The position numbers were made by a program, and so were the translations under genes. A stretch of DNA of 29,898 nucleotides from Candidatus Zixiibacteriota bacterium (GTDB taxonomy: Bacteria > Zixibacteria > MSB-5A5 > GN15 > FEB-12), in assembly GCA_041742355.1 (NCBI GenBank), contig JBGSIV010000253.1, positions 1-29,898 of the forward strand. Reading direction: 5' to 3'. This document shows positions 1-9,867 of this stretch, one piece after another. The notes under the pieces were generated by a model that saw only the letters and a list, made by a program, of their open reading frames with translations, did no database searches and was not told the origin of the DNA. The stretch's first letter is position 1. Each line of letters opens with the position of its first letter.

Positions 1-516
1 AGCTATCGGGCGGCGCTCGACCGCGACTTCGCCGGCCAAAGCCAGGCGGCCCGCGTGTTCATCTGGACGAAGACCCTGGGCGTGATCGCCGAGCACCCGC
101 TCTTCGGGGTGGGGCAGGGAAACTTCCCCGAAGCCTACCGCGAACAGAATGATCCGGCAAGAGGTGAAAATCGGTCGTGGCCGCATGCGCATAACGACGT
201 GCTGAATATTGCCGCACTCTCGGGTATTCCCGGCGCACTCATATACATGGCCATGTGGGTGCTGGTCGCACTCCGCTTCTTTCGAGGGTGGAAAGGACTC
301 CGGCCCGGTTCGACCGGGCGGGCGCTGGTCGGGGCGGCAATGGCCGGGTCGCTCATGTTCGCCCTTTGTTCCGTCACCGAAGCGGCCTTCGCCGATGAAG
401 AGGTGCGGCAGTTCCTCATGTTCGTCTGGGGAGCGGGCCTCTCGGCCACACTGGCAACCCCGGGAGATAATGCCGTACGCGAAAACACGTTGGATGAGCA
501 GGGCGTGGTATGCTGA
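1..516 (+). CDS. O-antigen ligase family protein (Wzy_C/WaaL-like), 5'-truncated by window edge
   Basis: Frame is open from base 1 (SYRAALDRDF...ARVFIW). Contains R-x-x-x-W, HPLFGVGQGNF and HAHNDVLNIAALSGIPG motifs typical of O-antigen ligases, followed by TM helices. Confidence 0.85.
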   Translation, partial: SYRAALDRDFAGQSQAARVFIWTKTLGVIAEHPLFGVGQGNFPEAYREQNDPARGENRSWPHAHNDVLNIAALSGIPGALIYMAMWVLVALRFFRGWKGLRPGSTGRALVGAAMAGSLMFALCSVTEAAFADEEVRQFLMFVWGAGLSATLATPGDNAVRENTLDEQGVVC

Positions 517-2261
517 GCGACAGGACGCCGCGGCTCGTGCCGATCTTTTTCGGCCTCTTGGCGCTCGTAACCCTCCTGCTGTCGGTGCAACTGCCCTTTC
601 TCTACTATTCCGATGACATCGTCTTTCATGCCGCCAAGATCATGGCGGCGCGGGACGGCGACTTCTTCACCGATCCGGTAACCGGGTTCAAGACAATCTA
701 CCCTCCGTTCTACCACATGATCGCCGGAGGGATGGCCGGGTTGTTCGACTTGAGCAGTTTCCAGACCAGCCGCCTCATACAGGTATTCCAGGTTCTCGGG
801 CTCTTCCTCGCCGGGTTCTTCTTCTTCGGCCGGTTCCTCCGATCGCGCGATCAGACCGCAACCGCCGGGCTGCTGCTGATTCTTCTCCTCTATGCGCCTA
901 CCGGGAGGTACTGGCTCCTGGCCAACCCCTTCACCTTTTCGTTCCCGCTGGTACTGACCGGGATGGCCCTGCTGATCGACTGGCGCCGGCGAGGAGCGTT
1001 AGGGCGCGGGTTGGCTGGCGCGCTCCTCTGCGGGATCGGGATCAGCATCTGGTGGTGGAACATGATCCCCGTGATCGGGATGGCAGCCGGGCTCCTGGTT
1101 CTTCCGCGGGCCCAATCGGGCCGCAGCCGGCAGCGCACGGAAGCACTGCTGATCGGCGGAGTTTTAGCCGTGGCGCTCGCAGCGAATCTCTGGCCGCTCT
1201 GGTCGGTGCGCGAAATCCTCCCCGACTACCGCGGTTTCTCCCGCCACGCAGGTTACGTCGCCCAGCACGACCTCCTCAGGAGCCTCGGAGAGTGGGCTGG
1301 CGGCTTCCTCCTTAAAGGAAACGCCCAATTCTTCAAGTACCTCTACCCCGAGGCGTGGTCATCACCCAACAGGCTTGTGGTGATTTACGGCCTGTTCGCC
1401 TCCGTGTACTACTACCTGCTGGTACTGCCGATCAACGGCCTTCTCCTCGTCACCTCCGTTCGGGAAGGTCTCCGGAGAGCCCGTGCCGGCCTCCGGGACG
1501 AGTCGTTCGCAATGCTAGTCGCCGCCTCTGTCACGTTCCTCCTGTCACTCGCGACGCTGTTCCAAACGAACAGCTCGATCACCCGGCGCGTGCAGTTTTA
1601 CTGCTACCTGTTCCTGGTGCCGGCATTCCTGATCTTCTGGTGGGATCGCCTGCACCTGGATCGCAATGCAATACGACGGTGGTCGCTGGCGGTGGTCTGC
1701 GGGGGAGCGATGCTGTACAGCGTCGTGTACCGTTTTGACCTCACCCTGACCGACCCGATCTCCCCCGCGACAGCGGAAGTTGCCGCGTTCGTGAAAGCGC
1801 TGCCCGGCCATGCCGATCGGCGGATATTTGTCACCCAGTACGACAACCATCGTCTTCTCCGGACCGCCCGCTACCGCAGTTTCCTGCTCCGTGGCAACCC
1901 GACCTACTTCCAGCAGGATAAGGTGCGGGCCGATTCGATCGAAACAGCGTACACCCGGATTATCGAAGGTGGCCCGGCGGCCGAGGATCAGCTGCGGGAA
2001 TTTGGAACGGAGTTCGCCATTGTCGGTAAGACCTCCGCAGGGATCAGCCCGGTGATGAACCAGGAGGGATCGGATCCGGCGCGGGAGCACGTGACCGCGT
2101 ACTTCCGCCGGTACGCCGAACCGGTGCTGGAAAACGCCGAATGGGTGGTGTTTCGCCTCGAGTATCCGTTCCGGGACCACTCGGGCGAGCCCGAGGGTCC
2201 GGTCGCCGCAAGCGGCGGCACAAAACAACTTGACAGGTATGCAGCCTCAGGGCTTTATTGA
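510..2261 (+). CDS. Polytopic membrane protein, possibly GT-C-fold glycosyltransferase-like
   Basis: 583 aa with about 10-12 hydrophobic segments. Acidic YSDD pair after the first TM helix, then YPPFYH, and a soluble C-terminal domain. Overlaps the ligase stop. Function is inferred only. Confidence 0.55.
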   Translation: MLSDRTPRLVPIFFGLLALVTLLLSVQLPFLYYSDDIVFHAAKIMAARDGDFFTDPVTGFKTIYPPFYHMIAGGMAGLFDLSSFQTSRLIQVFQVLGLFLAGFFFFGRFLRSRDQTATAGLLLILLLYAPTGRYWLLANPFTFSFPLVLTGMALLIDWRRRGALGRGLAGALLCGIGISIWWWNMIPVIGMAAGLLVLPRAQSGRSRQRTEALLIGGVLAVALAANLWPLWSVREILPDYRGFSRHAGYVAQHDLLRSLGEWAGGFLLKGNAQFFKYLYPEAWSSPNRLVVIYGLFASVYYYLLVLPINGLLLVTSVREGLRRARAGLRDESFAMLVAASVTFLLSLATLFQTNSSITRRVQFYCYLFLVPAFLIFWWDRLHLDRNAIRRWSLAVVCGGAMLYSVVYRFDLTLTDPISPATAEVAAFVKALPGHADRRIFVTQYDNHRLLRTARYRSFLLRGNPTYFQQDKVRADSIETAYTRIIEGGPAAEDQLREFGTEFAIVGKTSAGISPVMNQEGSDPAREHVTAYFRRYAEPVLENAEWVVFRLEYPFRDHSGEPEGPVAASGGTKQLDRYAASGLY

Positions 2262-2280
2262 GGCCGGACAGGAAAAAACT

Positions 2281-2538
2281 ATGGCAATCAAGCAAACCAA
2301 ATCGTCGCCGGCGGCAAACGAAATGCGCTGGCCTTTCGGCAAACGAAACTACATCTTCATGGCGATCGCCCTGGTCGTGATCATTCTCGGCTACGTATCG
2401 CTCGGCATGGGATCGATCACCCTCGCGCCGCTCCTGCTGGTGATCGGCTACTGCGTGCTCATCCCGGTTGCCCTGATTCTCAAGGATCCCTCCCGCGAGA
2501 GCACCGGCCAGCCGACCGACGATTCCGCTGTCCAGTAG
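2281..2538 (+). CDS. DUF3098-family small membrane protein
   Basis: ATG at 2281 follows a purine-rich RBS. FGKRNYIFMAIALVVIILGY...SITLAPLLLVIGY matches the DUF3098 pattern. Confidence 0.8.
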   Translation: MAIKQTKSSPAANEMRWPFGKRNYIFMAIALVVIILGYVSLGMGSITLAPLLLVIGYCVLIPVALILKDPSRESTGQPTDDSAVQ

Positions 2539-2563
2539 GCCAGGTTACCCCCTCTAAAGCCGC

Positions 2564-2601
2564 CGTTCCACCCGACCGATAGATAGAAGGGTGGAACGTT
2601 T
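2564..2601 (+). terminator. Possible weak terminator hairpin
   Basis: CGTTCCACCC (2564-2573) pairs with GGGTGGAACG (2589-2598), 15-nt loop, short TTT tail. Confidence 0.35.
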
Positions 2602-2691
2602 GATCATCGGTCACCGTTTCAGTACGAAACGACTCCCCGACATGCACACCCAGGTATCTGACGTCATTTTCACGAAACGGAGCAGTAACCT

Positions 2692-4311
2692 ATGGTAGTG
2701 AAGCGGCTGATCAGCTCATACGGCATCGAGAATCACGGGTTGGTAAACTTGCGCAAGGTGCACTGGAACCACAACACCCCGATGCTCTATGAGGAAGCGA
2801 TACGCAATGGCGAGGGGTACCTCGCGCACCTCGGCCCGCTAGTAGTGCGAACCGGGATCCATACGGGTCGAGCAGCCAAAGACAAATTCATCGTCAAGGA
2901 AGCGGAAACGCAGGAGCAGATCTGGTGGGGGCCGGTGAACAAGCCCTTCGATCCCGCCAAGTTCGAGTTCATGTTCCGTCGGCTCCAGGCTTACCTGCAG
3001 GGGCGCGACCTGTATGTCCAGGACTGCTTCGCCGGGCACGACAAGCGCTACCGGCTGCCGATTCGCGTAATCACCGAAATGGCGTGGCACAGCATGTTCG
3101 CCCGCAACATGTTCATTCAGGCCGAGCCCGATGAACTGGTCGAACACGTGCCAGAGTTCACGGTGGTGCAGGTGCCGAATTTCCAGGCCATTCCGGAGAT
3201 CGACGGGACGCAGTCGGAGACCTTCATCCTGCTCTCCCCGACCCGCAAAATGGTCCTGATCGGCGGCACGGCCTATGCCGGGGAAATCAAGAAATCTGTC
3301 TTCTCGGTCATGAATTTCCTCCTGCCCGGTCGCGGCGTGCTGCCGATGCATTGCTCCGCGAACAAGGGTCCGCAAGGGGATGTGGCACTCTTTTTCGGCC
3401 TGTCCGGCACCGGCAAAACCACTCTCTCGGCCGACCCGGAGCGAACACTCATCGGCGACGACGAACACGGCTGGAGCGACCAGGGGATATTCAACTTCGA
3501 AGGGGGCTGCTACGCCAAGGTGATCAACCTGTCGCTCGAATCCGAGCCGGAGATTTACGAGACGACCCGGCAGTTCGGGACAATCCTCGAGAATGTCGGG
3601 ATTGACCCGGTCACGCGCCGGCTCGACCTGAATAACGCCTCCCTGACCGAGAACACGCGTGCGGCTTATCCCATTACGCACATCCCGAATGCCGATCCGG
3701 ATGGCACCGGCGGCCATCCCGACCATATTATCTTTCTGGCGGCAGACGCCTTCGGCGTGATGCCGCCCATCTCGCGTCTGACGCCGGAGCAGGCGATGTA
3801 CCACTTCATCTCAGGATACACAGCCAAAGTCGCCGGGACTGAGCGGGGCGTGACCGAACCGAAGGCCACCTTTTCGGCCTGTTTCGGAGCCCCCTTCATG
3901 ATGCTGCACCCGTCGGTCTACGCCAAGCTGCTGGCCGAGCGGATTCGCACGCACCACACGAAGATCTGGCTGGTCAATACCGGCTGGACCGGCGGGCCGT
4001 ACGGCACGGGTGAACGGATGAAGATCAGATACACGCGGGCGATGCTCAACGCCGCGATTGCGGGCAAGCTTGACCGGGTCGAGTACGAGGAAGATCCGGT
4101 GTTCGGAGTGCAGGTGCCGCGCAGCGTGCCGAATGTACCCGGCGAAGTGCTCACGCCGCGCAACACCTGGCGGGACAAGGATGCCTATGACAACCAGGCG
4201 GATCGCCTGGTGGAGATGTTCCACGAGAACTTCCACCAGTACGGCAGTTATGTCGATCAGCGGGTGATCGATGCCGGGCCGCGCCGCCGGACGCGCACAC
4301 GCACGACGTAG
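2692..4311 (+). CDS. pckA: Phosphoenolpyruvate carboxykinase (ATP)
   Basis: [15 protein letters not shown]-loop [46 protein letters not shown]. Confidence 0.97.
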   Translation: MVVKRLISSYGIENHGLVNLRKVHWNHNTPMLYEEAIRNGEGYLAHLGPLVVRTGIHTGRAAKDKFIVKEAETQEQIWWGPVNKPFDPAKFEFMFRRLQAYLQGRDLYVQDCFAGHDKRYRLPIRVITEMAWHSMFARNMFIQAEPDELVEHVPEFTVVQVPNFQAIPEIDGTQSETFILLSPTRKMVLIGGTAYAGEIKKSVFSVMNFLLPGRGVLPMHCSANKGPQGDVALFFGLSGTGKTTLSADPERTLIGDDEHGWSDQGIFNFEGGCYAKVINLSLESEPEIYETTRQFGTILENVGIDPVTRRLDLNNASLTENTRAAYPITHIPNADPDGTGGHPDHIIFLAADAFGVMPPISRLTPEQAMYHFISGYTAKVAGTERGVTEPKATFSACFGAPFMMLHPSVYAKLLAERIRTHHTKIWLVNTGWTGGPYGTGERMKIRYTRAMLNAAIAGKLDRVEYEEDPVFGVQVPRSVPNVPGEVLTPRNTWRDKDAYDNQADRLVEMFHENFHQYGSYVDQRVIDAGPRRRTRTRTT

Positions 4312-4421
4312 CCGCTGACACGGATCCAATGAATGCAGAGCGGCAGTCCAGTGGTCTGGGCTGCCGCTGTTGTTTTGCCTGAATGGGAACAGAGCGGGGC
4401 AGCCAAGCCCCGGAGCAACGG

Positions 4422-5306
4422 TCAGGAGTCCGTCTCGATCGTGCGCAGGAAGCTGATCAGGTTGGTGTCGCTGCCCGTGAGACCGAGCTTGCGGCGGATT
4501 ATTTTTCGGTGGACAGAGACAGTCTGCGGGCTGATCGCCAGAACGGTGGCGATCTCCTTGGTCGAGTAGCCGTTCTTGATCATGTGGCAAATCTCGACCT
4601 CGCGCGGCGACAAGCCGGTCATCCGGCGTTCTAGCGAACCGATGAAGGGGGCGGCGATTTCATCGAGCGTTTCCTCCAGCCGCCGCGTCAGGAGCCGGGT
4701 ATCCTCGTCGGTCATAGTCTGGAGCCGGCGGACTACCGGGAGGGCAACCCGTTCGATATTTCGGCGAATTTCGGCCGTGACCATACGCCGTTGGTTCTGC
4801 AATTCGTGCAGAAGTTCCTGGAGCGCGGCTTCTTTCTGGCCGACCGCATGGCGGAGAATCCTGACTTTCTCTTTCAGAATTTCTACTGAATCATCTCCGA
4901 CCGACTTGCGCTCGATACTGCGCACGGTGATGTCCCGCAGCTCGCTGCCACTGTCGTGCCGGGCGCTGGCACTGCCGATAATGTGGATGCTCTCCCCCGA
5001 CTTGCATCGAAAGGCGTATGAGAAAACGCCGAGGAGGTGTTGGCGGATCCACTCGCGCAGTTCGATATGGCTGTCGTCGGCGGCGAAGTCAAGCACCGAG
5101 CGACCGACCATTTCCTCGGGTTCATAGCCAAGCAGTAGCCGCAACGATTCGTCAATAGCGACGATGTTGTCGCCGTTGAGTACGAGCGCGCACGGCTGAT
5201 TCCGGTTTTCGAACGAGTCGAAACCGGGCGGGTTGTCCGAATACTCCAAAATCAGTGCCCCTACATTCAGTGTTGTCCATCGGGAGCGTCGCGACTGCCG
5301 ACTCAC
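4422..5306 (-). CDS. PAS domain + LuxR-type HTH transcriptional regulator (start uncertain)
   Basis: PAS-like LLGYEPEEMVGRSVLDF...FRCKSGE, a coiled coil, then LSPREVEICHMIKNGYSTKEIATVLAISPQTVSVHRKIIRRKLGL. Confidence 0.9.
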   Translation of the reverse strand: MSRQSRRSRWTTLNVGALILEYSDNPPGFDSFENRNQPCALVLNGDNIVAIDESLRLLLGYEPEEMVGRSVLDFAADDSHIELREWIRQHLLGVFSYAFRCKSGESIHIIGSASARHDSGSELRDITVRSIERKSVGDDSVEILKEKVRILRHAVGQKEAALQELLHELQNQRRMVTAEIRRNIERVALPVVRRLQTMTDEDTRLLTRRLEETLDEIAAPFIGSLERRMTGLSPREVEICHMIKNGYSTKEIATVLAISPQTVSVHRKIIRRKLGLTGSDTNLISFLRTIETDS

Positions 5307-5520
5307 ACAGGCAAATCATGTCGCGCGAGGCACTACCTCAGGTGCTGGCGAAGAAACCGGCGATAGCCCCAATCCGGAGTGCCCGCACCCCCATGCGGGC
5401 GGAAACTTTGGGACCGGTTTCGTTCAAAACTTTCCCTCGTTATACACCGCGCTGTTTCCACACGCAGTCCCGGGGAAATCGAAAACACAGTATTCAGTTC
5501 AACAACGGTAATTACAATCA

Positions 5521-5573
5521 GGAAAGAGCGGCTATATATCGGGTATACATCGTACCCGACACAGAGCCGCTCT
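5521..5573 (-). terminator. Long hairpin downstream of the minus-strand operon, probable terminator or processing site
   Basis: Minus strand reads AGAGCGGCT-CTGTG-TCGGGTA-loop7-TACCCGA-TATAT-AGCCGCTCT-TTCC, about 36 bp after the stop at 5609. Confidence 0.55.
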
Positions 5574-5608
5574 CATATGTTTCACGCCACTGGCCCGGGC
5601 AGAACCGA

Positions 5609-8110
5609 TCAGTCGGTCTGCCACTGCTCGACCAGCGTGCGGTAGCGGTCAGCCAAAGCGGCAGTTGCCGTCTTCGAGCGGGTTTCGGCCATGATATTGA
5701 ATGAAGCCGTCTCGCGGTCCGGCATGAGCAACACCCAGCCGCCACTTTCCCGAATTCGAACACCGTCGACAAGCTGACGCTCTTTGTCCTGCGAGTTAAC
5801 GATCAGGTGGCGCATGACTGTTCCCTTTTTTGACCATGGGCACGGGACCGACAGAGACTCGCGTTCGAGGTCTGAGAATTTGCGGCGCAGTTCGCTGAAC
5901 CGGCTCCTGGTTTTGGCCATCATTTCCAGGATTTTGCAGGCGGCGTACATGGCGTCGGCCCCGCTCTGGAAGCCGGGGAAAATGAACCCGCCGCGGGTGC
6001 CGCCGACAAAATCGACTTCGCCGCGGCGCATGACGTCCATCATGGCGAGGTGGTCGTTGGCGACGCGGACAACTTCCACGCCGTATTCGCGGGCGACATC
6101 CTCAACCCCCATTGAGGCAGCCACCGGGACGGCGATGCGCTTGACGCCGTCAAGGCGGAGGTACAACTCGAGCACCACCAGCAGGAGCTGCTGGGTGTCG
6201 ACCGGCTGGCCGCGGTTGTCCACAACCGTCAGTTTCTCGGCAGCCGGGTTCAGCAGGAAGCCGATGTCGGCTTTGAGCGAGGTGACGATCGCCGACATCT
6301 GCACCATCGCCTGAGCCATCTCCTCGGGCGATGTGGAGAATTTGCGCGGGTTGAGATTGGCGTTTAATTCGACCGCGGAAATGCCCAGCTCCGAGAAGAG
6401 AGTCGGGAAAATCTGGCTGGAGGAACCGTTGGAGTGGTCGATGACGATCTTGAAGCCGGCTTTGCGGATGAGATCGATATCGAGTGACCGGACGAAATCC
6501 CGGCGATAGTTTTCCAGCACATGCTGCGGCGTATCGAGATGACCGATATCGTCGAGGGTGGCCCGTTCGAAGTCTTCGCCAAAGTACATCCGTTCGATCT
6601 TCTTGAGCTTGCTCGTCGGCATGTCCACCCCGGTGCCATCGAAAAAGATGCAATCGATCTGGCGGAAATCCAGCGGCGAGTGGCGCACGTAGATGCCGGC
6701 GGCGTAGTTGCCGCGGGTCAGTCCGTAGCGAACGACCGGGATCGGCAGGGTCTCCAGATCGGCGACATTGACGCCGGAGGCAAGGAAACCGGAGATCAGG
6801 CCGCGCTTGATGAGGCGCGAGCCATCGGACGCATCGCGGCTGGTGACAACCGACGAACCGCGGCCGAGCAGAGCGCCGAAAGCGGCGCCGACCTTGACAG
6901 CCATCTCGGGCGTGATTTCGGTCAGGGCCAGACCGGTGATCTTCGAGTTGGTGAACAGCTCGCGGTTCCAACGATCCCCCCAGACGATGGAAGACGAGAC
7001 GATAGCCCCGGGGTCGACCATCTTGCCCGGCCATATCTTGCAGTTGGCCTTGACCGTGGCGCCGTCGCCGATCACGGTGTCGTCGGAAACGATCACGTCG
7101 GCCATGAGCTGGACATTGCGCCCGAGGCGGGCGGAGTTGCAGATCACGCTTTCGGCGACAGTGCTCTCGGCGCCGATGATGCAGTCCGACCAGACGACCG
7201 TGTCACTGAGCTCGGCTCCCGCCCCGATGCGGGTCCGATCGCCGATGCAGCAATCGTGAAGGCGGGCGCCGGCCTCGATTTGCACGCCATCGCCGAGCAC
7301 AACGCGACCGGTGAACTTGACCCCCTCGGCGATGAGGACATGCTGTCCAAGCCGCAACTCCCCGTGGTCAATCGGCCTCTCCTGCATCTTGAGATCCAGC
7401 TCGAGGACTCTGTCGAAGTAGTCCGCATGAGCGCGGCGGTACTCGCCGACATTCCCGACATCTTTCCAGTAGCCCTGCATAATCTTCCCATAGAGCCCCA
7501 TCTGGCGCGACAGCATCAGCGGAAAGAGATTCTGCGAGAAATCGAAATTGGTCCGCGGCGGAATCATCTCGATGGCCGATGGTTCGAGAATGTAAATGCC
7601 GGTATTGATTGTGTCGGAGAAGGCTTCACCCCACGAGGGTTTTTCGAGGAAGCGCACAATCTGGCCGTCATCGTCAGTAATGACGATTCCGTAGGCGAGC
7701 GGATTTTCCATGCGGGTGAGCAGAATGGTCGCGTCGGCCTTCTTCGCGGCATGCCAGGAGATAGCCTCGGACAAATCAAAATCGGAGAGGACGTCGCCCG
7801 AGATCACGAGGATCGGTTCGGTGGCGTTGGAAAGGGCATAGCGAACTGCGCCGGCAGTGCCGTAGTCATCGTCCGGCTGCATGTAGTCCATGGTGATGCC
7901 GAAGCCGGAGCCGTCCTTAAAGTGGTCGCGGATCTTCTCCGGCTGGAAATACAGCAGCGACGTGACGTCGGTGATACCGTGCTTGACCAGCAGGGAGACC
8001 ACGTGCTCCATCATGGGGAGGTTGCAGATGGGCACCATGGGCTTGGGAATATTGATCGTGAGCGGGCGCAACCTGGTGCCGAATCCGCCTGCCATTACAA
8101 TCGCCTTCAT
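5609..8110 (-). CDS. Sugar-1-phosphate nucleotidyltransferase (mannose-1-P guanylyltransferase-like) + hexapeptide beta-helix + phosphohexomutase-like domain
   Basis: MKAIVMAGGFGTRLRPLT..PKPMVP, GTAGAV, SGDV, FLEKP, INTGIY, YWKDVG. LbH repeats follow, then a PGM/PMM-like fold (ITPEMAVKVGAAFG...VDGVRI...GWVLLMPD). Confidence 0.9.
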   Translation of the reverse strand: MKAIVMAGGFGTRLRPLTINIPKPMVPICNLPMMEHVVSLLVKHGITDVTSLLYFQPEKIRDHFKDGSGFGITMDYMQPDDDYGTAGAVRYALSNATEPILVISGDVLSDFDLSEAISWHAAKKADATILLTRMENPLAYGIVITDDDGQIVRFLEKPSWGEAFSDTINTGIYILEPSAIEMIPPRTNFDFSQNLFPLMLSRQMGLYGKIMQGYWKDVGNVGEYRRAHADYFDRVLELDLKMQERPIDHGELRLGQHVLIAEGVKFTGRVVLGDGVQIEAGARLHDCCIGDRTRIGAGAELSDTVVWSDCIIGAESTVAESVICNSARLGRNVQLMADVIVSDDTVIGDGATVKANCKIWPGKMVDPGAIVSSSIVWGDRWNRELFTNSKITGLALTEITPEMAVKVGAAFGALLGRGSSVVTSRDASDGSRLIKRGLISGFLASGVNVADLETLPIPVVRYGLTRGNYAAGIYVRHSPLDFRQIDCIFFDGTGVDMPTSKLKKIERMYFGEDFERATLDDIGHLDTPQHVLENYRRDFVRSLDIDLIRKAGFKIVIDHSNGSSSQIFPTLFSELGISAVELNANLNPRKFSTSPEEMAQAMVQMSAIVTSLKADIGFLLNPAAEKLTVVDNRGQPVDTQQLLLVVLELYLRLDGVKRIAVPVAASMGVEDVAREYGVEVVRVANDHLAMMDVMRRGEVDFVGGTRGGFIFPGFQSGADAMYAACKILEMMAKTRSRFSELRRKFSDLERESLSVPCPWSKKGTVMRHLIVNSQDKERQLVDGVRIRESGGWVLLMPDRETASFNIMAETRSKTATAALADRYRTLVEQWQTD

Positions 8111-8129
8111 TCCTTAACTCCAACTCTAC

Positions 8130-8810
8130 CTATCGGTTATTGGCTTCGGCGAGGACGCCGAGCTCTTCCAGCGTGCGGGCAACATCGAAGAAATCAGCAA
8201 AGCTTGTGCACGCAATATTGTGCATGTGGCAGTAGCGTTCAAGGTCTTTTTTGGCAAAAAGGACATCCGCCTCGGGAGCCGCGCAAGCGTCCGAGAGGCC
8301 ATCCCCGACAAAGACAATCCGGGTTGGCCCTTCCTGCCTGTCGCGGTACTCACGGATGCGCTCCCCCTTGCAACTGCCGCACCGGGTACAATGGCTGTTC
8401 GTATGCGGGAATTCGATGTGGATGTAGGAGCCATTGAAATATCCGTGGTTGGTAATCAGCGGCAGGTGCGCCAGCCGAAAGCGCTCCAGCAGATGATTGA
8501 TATACAAATCAAGCCCATCGGACACGATGAACAGCTCGAGGTGCTGCGCACGGCAGCGCTCCGCGAACGCCGGAAAACCCGGGTCGAGGTCGAAATCCCT
8601 GAGGAATTCGAGGAGGTCGGCTTCGGTGCAGGGAGCCATGGCCGCCTCGCGCACGAGAATCTCGCGGCTGGACATGCGGCCGGCCTTCCAGTCAGGCAGG
8701 AGCTCGCGCGTACGTCCGCCAGAGAAGTGCTTGAACAGGTTGTAACCAACATCGCGGCGGGCAATGGTACCGTCGAAGTCGCAGAAGACAGCGGTGTGGA
8801 GCTTGGTCAT
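8130..8810 (-). CDS. HAD-IB phosphatase, MtnX-like
   Basis: Motif I DFDGT, motif II VSDG, CxxCGSCK, motif IV GDGLSD..A..AD.LFAK. Confidence 0.85.
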   Translation of the reverse strand: MTKLHTAVFCDFDGTIARRDVGYNLFKHFSGGRTRELLPDWKAGRMSSREILVREAAMAPCTEADLLEFLRDFDLDPGFPAFAERCRAQHLELFIVSDGLDLYINHLLERFRLAHLPLITNHGYFNGSYIHIEFPHTNSHCTRCGSCKGERIREYRDRQEGPTRIVFVGDGLSDACAAPEADVLFAKKDLERYCHMHNIACTSFADFFDVARTLEELGVLAEANNR

Positions 8811-9100
8811 CCCGAAAAATACATCCTCAGGAGAATGGTGGACAGCAGAATCGTCAGAAGCATGTACGAGAGCAGCCAGTACCGGTAGAGCCGGGCCATG
8901 CGAAACAGCTCGGCAATGGTGACGGTGATGACGGCAACAAGGAGCAAAATGGCGAAGGTCCCGCCCGTGGCGGCAATCCCGGCATAACGGTGCCCAGCGG
9001 CGTAAAAAGCCGTGGCCAGGCCGAAAAGGGCCACGAAAAGCAGCCAGAAGATGCGCTGCAGCGTGACAATCGTTCCATAGCGGAAGTAGTGTTCCCTCAC
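8807..9100 (-). CDS. Small 3-TM membrane protein
   Basis: 97 aa with three hydrophobic helices. 4-bp overlaps with both neighbours suggest translational coupling. Confidence 0.7.
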   Translation of the reverse strand: MREHYFRYGTIVTLQRIFWLLFVALFGLATAFYAAGHRYAGIAATGGTFAILLLVAVITVTIAELFRMARLYRYWLLSYMLLTILLSTILLRMYFSG

Positions 9101-9867
9101 AGCAAGTTCTCCAGCATGCCGGCGGCGAGACGCCAGGCCAGGTACAGCATCACCACAAAGAACAGGACGCGTATGACAACCGGTTTGGCCATGGTTCCCA
9201 GAAAGCCGCCGAGGCGCCCCCCGACGAGGATGCCGAAGATAACCGGGGCGGCGATCGCAAGCGAGACATCGCCGCGAAGCAGATAAACGGCGGATGCGGC
9301 CGCGGCGGAGAAGACCACAATGAAGGCACTGGTGCCCCGGGCGGTAGCCAGCGGGCAGCCGACGACGAGGTAGATCAGGGGAAGAAGCATCACGCCCCCC
9401 CCGACCCCGATCAACCCGGAAAGGGTACCGATGAAGAAGGCGAGGACATTGACAATCCCCATGTAGTGACGCCGGTTGTCGACGAAAACCAAACCGCTAG
9501 CATCCTGGCGGCCCTTCAGGAGCGTGAACGCCGTGTAGATGAGCAGGCCGGTCAGCAGCATCCGCACCAGTTCCTCGGAGACGACCAGGCTGAGCGTGCT
9601 GCCGGTGATGTTACCCATGACCATGAAGATGGCCAGAATGACGGTGAGTTCGAAATCGACCATGCCGCGGCGCAGATACTCGGTGGACGAAGAGAGCGCG
9701 TTGACCACCACCGCGAGGACCGAAACGGGCACGGCGGTCTTGACCTCAACGCCGAGGATGATCGTCAGAAACGGCACAATCACCTCTCCCCCGCCAAGGC
9801 CGAGGTAACCGCCGAGCAGGCCGGCGGACATACCGCAGATAACATACCAGACGATTTCCGGCGTCAT
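9097..9867 (-). CDS. TauE/SafE (TSUP) family membrane transporter
   Basis: Duplicated motifs GYLGLGGGEVIVP and GLIGVGGGVMLLP, ARGTS, about 8 TM helices. Confidence 0.9.
   Translation of the reverse strand: MTPEIVWYVICGMSAGLLGGYLGLGGGEVIVPFLTIILGVEVKTAVPVSVLAVVVNALSSSTEYLRRGMVDFELTVILAIFMVMGNITGSTLSLVVSEELVRMLLTGLLIYTAFTLLKGRQDASGLVFVDNRRHYMGIVNVLAFFIGTLSGLIGVGGGVMLLPLIYLVVGCPLATARGTSAFIVVFSAAAASAVYLLRGDVSLAIAAPVIFGILVGGRLGGFLGTMAKPVVIRVLFFVVMLYLAWRLAAGMLENLL

Noticed and set aside
6521..8437. 638-aa plus-strand ORF
   Set aside because: Antisense shadow of the well-supported nucleotidyltransferase gene, typical of high-GC codon bias.
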